Translations under genes and position numbers: made by a program
The notes under the pieces: model-generated
The model's database searches: none
The model's input: only the letters and a program-made list of their open reading frames with translations
What the model was told of the DNA's origin: nothing
Assembly: GCA_964036045.1 (NCBI GenBank)
Contig: OZ038378.1
Span: forward strand, 2,852,001 to 2,916,000
DNA: 64,000 nucleotides
From: Eutreptiella sp. 'Long Island Sound 2002'
Lineage: Eukaryota; Protista; Euglenida
Direction of reading: 5' to 3'
Part shown: positions 59,431 through 64,000 of the stretch, piece by piece
Layout: every line of letters begins with the position of its first letter
Position numbering within the stretch: the first letter of the stretch is position 1

Positions 59431-59994
59431 CAACACTCCTCCCCATGACCGGAAGTGCTTGGTGACTTTGTTGGACAGAGGGAAATGGTCTGTGGGGCCG
59501 CCCCTTCTGCAACGCAAAACAGCCATACAACGCTCCCCATTGCTCTTCCCAACCCTCGGGAGCAAAACGACGGCACCAGGGGCACACTCGCAGAAGAATT
59601 TGCAATCGACCTACCCACCAGCCTATGACCATACGCTACGCCAGAAATGTGCCCCAGACGGGCAATCATCTTCCGACCTGTTGGGTGTGTGGGGGAGGGG
59701 GGATGCCATATTATAGAGGAAGGCCTGCATGGGTCCAGGGGTGGGCGCCCAGCGGAGGGGGGCCTGTGCCAGAAGGATGTCTGATGAAAATCATCATGAC
59801 TGCACTGGCCCCCCTTGAGAGTCGTCACCCTCGCCTAGGCCAGAGCCTCTGGTGGCTGTGGGTTATGAGACCTCGGTGCCTGCACGTCCATGCCGCTCCG
59901 GCCGGCGTGCTCGTTTGCCCGGCGGGCCGTCCTGGGGAGGAGTTTCTCCCCTCCGTTGCTTCGTCCCCGCGCGCCGGGGGTAGGACTGGCTCTG

Positions 59995-60009
59995 GTGTGT
60001 GTGTGTGTG

Positions 60010-60050
<41 letters not shown>

Positions 60051-60086
60051 GCGTGTGCGCGCGCGTGTGTGTGTGTGTGCGTGTGT
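59995..60086. repeat. (GT)n/(GC) microsatellite
   Basis: Direct reading. Confidence 0.95.
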
Positions 60087-63000
60087 GGGGGGGGGGGGGG
60101 GGTATCAATAACGACGGTCAACAGCCGAATTGCAGTAAATGCCCAGTGCGACTGGTCATAACCCCTCTTCAGCTAATTGCTGAGCACCGCCAGCACAGTC
60201 TTGACAAGCGGTCGATAGTGCAGTACTCAATCCCTCGTGGGCCAGCCTATTAAGCAGATTTGTGCAGCTGTGTGTGCCAGCCCCCCCTGTGTACTTGGGT
60301 GCATGAGCTTGATGGAGGAGGGCCAAGGGGGCCATTGGCACGAGAAAGCACTCCGCAAAAGGGAGGCACCAGCCTTCCACAAAAAAAGAGGTGCCAGCCC
60401 TCCAGAGGGAGGCAATGATACACAAATGCGGTACACACAAAGCAAGCACGCGCATCAGCAGAGCACACAAAACTGCCCACAAGCACAACATCATATGGGT
60501 TAGTGGCAAGGCACCACAGTAGGCGCCACACATACCTACAGAGGGCATGACACTTCCATGGCGACTGGGGCTCCAGTGGAAGCTTTTCCAAAGTACCCCC
60601 CAGAGGAAAACATGCGCACCGCACACCGCACATCGCACCGTGCACTGCACAAACTCTGCATAAAGCCTGCACAGGTCGTCACCTATTTTCTATGATACCT
60701 GAGGAGAATGGTCTAAAGCTTCGAAACTTTTGCAAAATTCAAAACTGTTTTTGGTTGCAATAAAGATTTCTTTAACGGTCCCACAAGCGGAAGACTGGGG
60801 GCTTGGGTGCCTTATTCCAACCTTTTGGGTCACTGTGTTTCTGTCATTGTCAGAAACCTGACTATTTGTGGAAAAAGGCAACCCGTTTGATGTTGTCTGA
60901 TTCAATCTCTGGTATGTTGGATTGCTGAGCTTTTGCGGTGTTTAGCCCAAGGAACTCGCTATGAGTTTGTTGTGTGTGTGTGTGTGTGTTCTCTCCCAGC
61001 ATGGTGCCTGGCCTTGGTATGGTTGGGGTAGGTCTCGGGGATGTTGGGTTGTGTTCCACAAAGGTGGACACCGTAGAGTCTTTCGCTTAGGGATGGCAGG
61101 TGTTGCGTGAAGACCTGTTCTCCTGGGATGACCAGAGTGCTTGGCCCTGAGGCTGTAACTTCACCTCTATCACTGGGTGGGTGGGTTTTCTGTTGTCCTG
61201 TTTGGTTGTGTGGTATCTTGGATATGCCCCATCACACCAAACACAGGCCTCGAAGGTTGCCCCAACCTCTGAGGCAAACGGTGTGAAGCATTTCATGTTT
61301 CGAATAGCCACATCGGCAGGTGCCGAGTTCCGCAGGGTAGTCGTTTCACATCAGTTCATTTCGCGGTCACCATGGCGGTCACCGTGTCTTTCCCTCTTAC
61401 TCATCATACTCTTGCTCGTCCTCTGCCGCCACCACCCAAATGCGGTGCACCACCAGGGCTTTTTTTGGGGGGTGGGGGGATCTAGGGGGGCTGGGTGGGT
61501 GGTGTGGGACCCCCATCCCACCTCCCATCCCCAGTGGTGCCGAGTTGTTAAAAGGAGCCCTGTGCACCACACGGCGTCCCGTGCATCCCACCCCGCGCTC
61601 GTTTCCCTCTCGACCAAGAGGAGGAGACAAAGCATAGCCGACTCACTCAACTCCAAGGCGGAAAGAAAACCTCTCGGGGCTCATGGGGGTTCGGTCCACT
61701 GCTTCCCCTTTGCTGACCTCCTTGCAGAAAGGCGCCCCAGGGAACTGCTTGTGTCTGCCCCAACCGCACCAGGCCGGGATTCCTATGATTTGCCAATAAG
61801 GGCATCCAGAGAGAATGTGTGCACCGAGTAGTGACCAAGGGTGCAAAGACTTGACTCACATCCAGGTCAGACTTACTTAGGCAACAGGCACTACCACCTG
61901 CTGGTTTTACAAGGCACATTAAGCTCACGCTTGCCGTCCAGTGTCAAAACAGGATAACAAGGGCTACAGGGTGGAGTGGATGGGGGGATGTCCACAGAAA
62001 GTGATACATCCCGACTTCCCCTGTGCATGCACAATAGTCGTGGCGTGCAACATGCGATTTAAAACACCCACTTAATGGACACGTGGCGTGTTTGGCTACA
62101 CCTGTATGGGCCATGGCCAGGTCTGTGCTTGTTGTGTGGTGGTGTGGGTGTGGAGGGGGGGGGGGGCTCTGGGACCCAAAAGTTTGTGTACCAGAAATGG
62201 CCCTAAGAATTCTGTCAGTAAGTTTCCTTTGTTCCAACCCTATGATCTTTTTTTTGGGGGGGAAGGGCTCCAGAGGGGGGGGGGGGGGGCGCCCATACCA
62301 AAAAAAATACTCTAATTCAGGCCTGGTTCAGGCTGAGGCTGAAGCTGCAGCTGTGGTTACAGAAACACTGGGCTATACCTGCGTGTGCTCCTGCTGGAGC
62401 TGTGCCCGTATTCCTTCCTTCAAATCCGTCACAAAGACATGCAGCAACTCCGAGTACATGTGTGCTCCAGTGTCCACAGAGACTGCACTTTGTGATGGCT
62501 CTGACGGAAAACACAGTCCCACAGGCCACCACAGCGCAAACCTGTTGTTGGTATTCTGCGGTCCATGTAACATGCCTGCATACATTTGTGTATGTTAAGC
62601 ATATGCATGTGTGGGGTCAGGCCTTGAGCTCTTTTAGGAAAGCTGCTCCTGACTGAAGGGCTCACAAAAAGAGGCCAGATATTGCTATTGTGAAAAATGT
62701 ACGTCATGTACAAAAAAATCGCCACAGGATGTATTTTTTTTTGCCATCAGCCTGTGTAATCTTTTTTTCATTGTCAGTGCGTGTAGATTTTTCCCCCCTG
62801 TTGAGGCGTGTCATCTTTTTAAAAAAAAAATCAATTTTTCCTTTCACTGTCAGCGTGTGTAATTTTTTTTACTGTCAATGGGTGTAAATTTTTAAAAAAA
62901 AAATTCTATTTTGCGATATGCACACTTGCCATATCTGCGTGGGACCCCATAGCAACCTCAACAATAGGACGCCGAGTCCACAAAGCACTAAGCATACTAT

Positions 63001-64000
63001 GCGGTCACCAATTAGTTGGCACCCGGCCAATATAACAAAATGTAACAAAATATAACCAGGTCTTGGCACTAGAAACAAAATTAGGCTCAAGAAAGAGTCT
63101 TGATACGGCCATGGCCAACATCCTTGTGGCGGCAATAGGAGCAAAACGGGGCAGAAGAAAAGAAGAGAACCTAGCACGCCATAGCCAACGTTAGTGCCAC
63201 CTACTTACAAGTAGTGACAAAACACACGCTTGAAGATCAAATGGGCCTCAGTATCTTCACGTGCAAGTCTGCTTGCCACTAGGATTCACTGTGCACATCC
63301 AAAAGATATTTTTTTCAAGTCCTCTTGCAACTGTGTGGAAAATTCTTGGTCATTTTTCAATTGACCATTTGCATTTTGGGGCTATTTGGGAGGCACCATA
63401 TACCACTAGAACGGGTGTTATCAGTGGCAACATCTGCTATACCAGGGTTGGGTATGAAAAGGGTGCAAGCTCACTCGGTGTGTCGTTTGGAAGGGAGAGG
63501 GTTGGCAAGGCAAGATCGTCTGCCAACACACTACGGGAGGTGGAGGAGGGTCAACCTCCTCAACACCCTCAAAATCCTCACTGGGGGTTGAGTTGATAAC
63601 CCGCACACAGCGATCAGCATTCACGACGCTCAACATGTACTGCACAAAGCCTTTTGGCATTGTGGTGAAAGAAAGATCAACAATAGCACCACGATGGTCA
63701 ATCCCCTGCATTATAAGGGGCAAGGTTTGGGAACCACAAGACCAACGATCACCTTGGAACCCTAAAGCAGTGTGCTCAGTGGCCAATTTGAGGGCTTTGG
63801 GGCCCTTTAAACAAGGGTGCATAAATGAAGTTGGGCTCATGGGGTCCCAGATGGGGTCCATGGCTAACGACAGTCCAAACACAAAGAAACCAATCTAGCC
63901 CCGTTACATCATCGTTGTTGTTCACAAAAGCGTGGTGACGGCGCCAAGCCATTTTAGGAGGAGGCGTGCCAAACTCGATGGTTGCCATCCACCTAGACAA

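Noticed and set aside
59825-60253. His/Thr- and Cys/Val-repeat ORFs
   Set aside because: Translations of a (GT)n microsatellite.
61087-64000. ORF fragments as retroelement pol or further exons (for example 62373-62585 and 63421-63882)
   Set aside because: No reverse transcriptase, RNase H or integrase motif seen; support is too weak to call.

Overview
Eukaryotic, intron-rich and repeat-dense genomic DNA, probably a euglenid. This is inferred from an N-myristoyltransferase with trypanosomatid-like signatures, GT-AG introns and (CCCTAA)n motifs, and is not confirmed. Recognisable genes: (1) the 3' part of an RNI-like/NLRC3-like LRR gene (<1-937, +); (2) a six-exon gene (25170->12985, -) that splices in frame through GT-AG junctions into a ~1533-aa protein with the order CID, Gln/Glu-rich linker, tandem Tudor, C2HC/UBZ-type zinc finger, tandem Tudor, RGKG repeat, SET, degenerate SET, which is the most unusual item in the window; (3) a divergent glycylpeptide N-myristoyltransferase (36670/36622->33359, -); (4) low-confidence exons of one or two hypothetical genes between 40.8 and 54 kb (-). 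The rest is mostly non-autonomous mobile DNA: a head-to-tail cluster of a ~1.1-kb element at 1.7-10.4 kb with a poly(A)-tailed insert, a hAT-type element with an 8-bp TSD carrying a satellite, an introner-like MITE, a TA-TSD MITE, a Harbinger-like transposase remnant, satellites with higher-order structure, palindromic arrays and many poly-G tracts. No rRNA, CRISPR array or intact autonomous transposon was found. All calls are by eye, without database searches.
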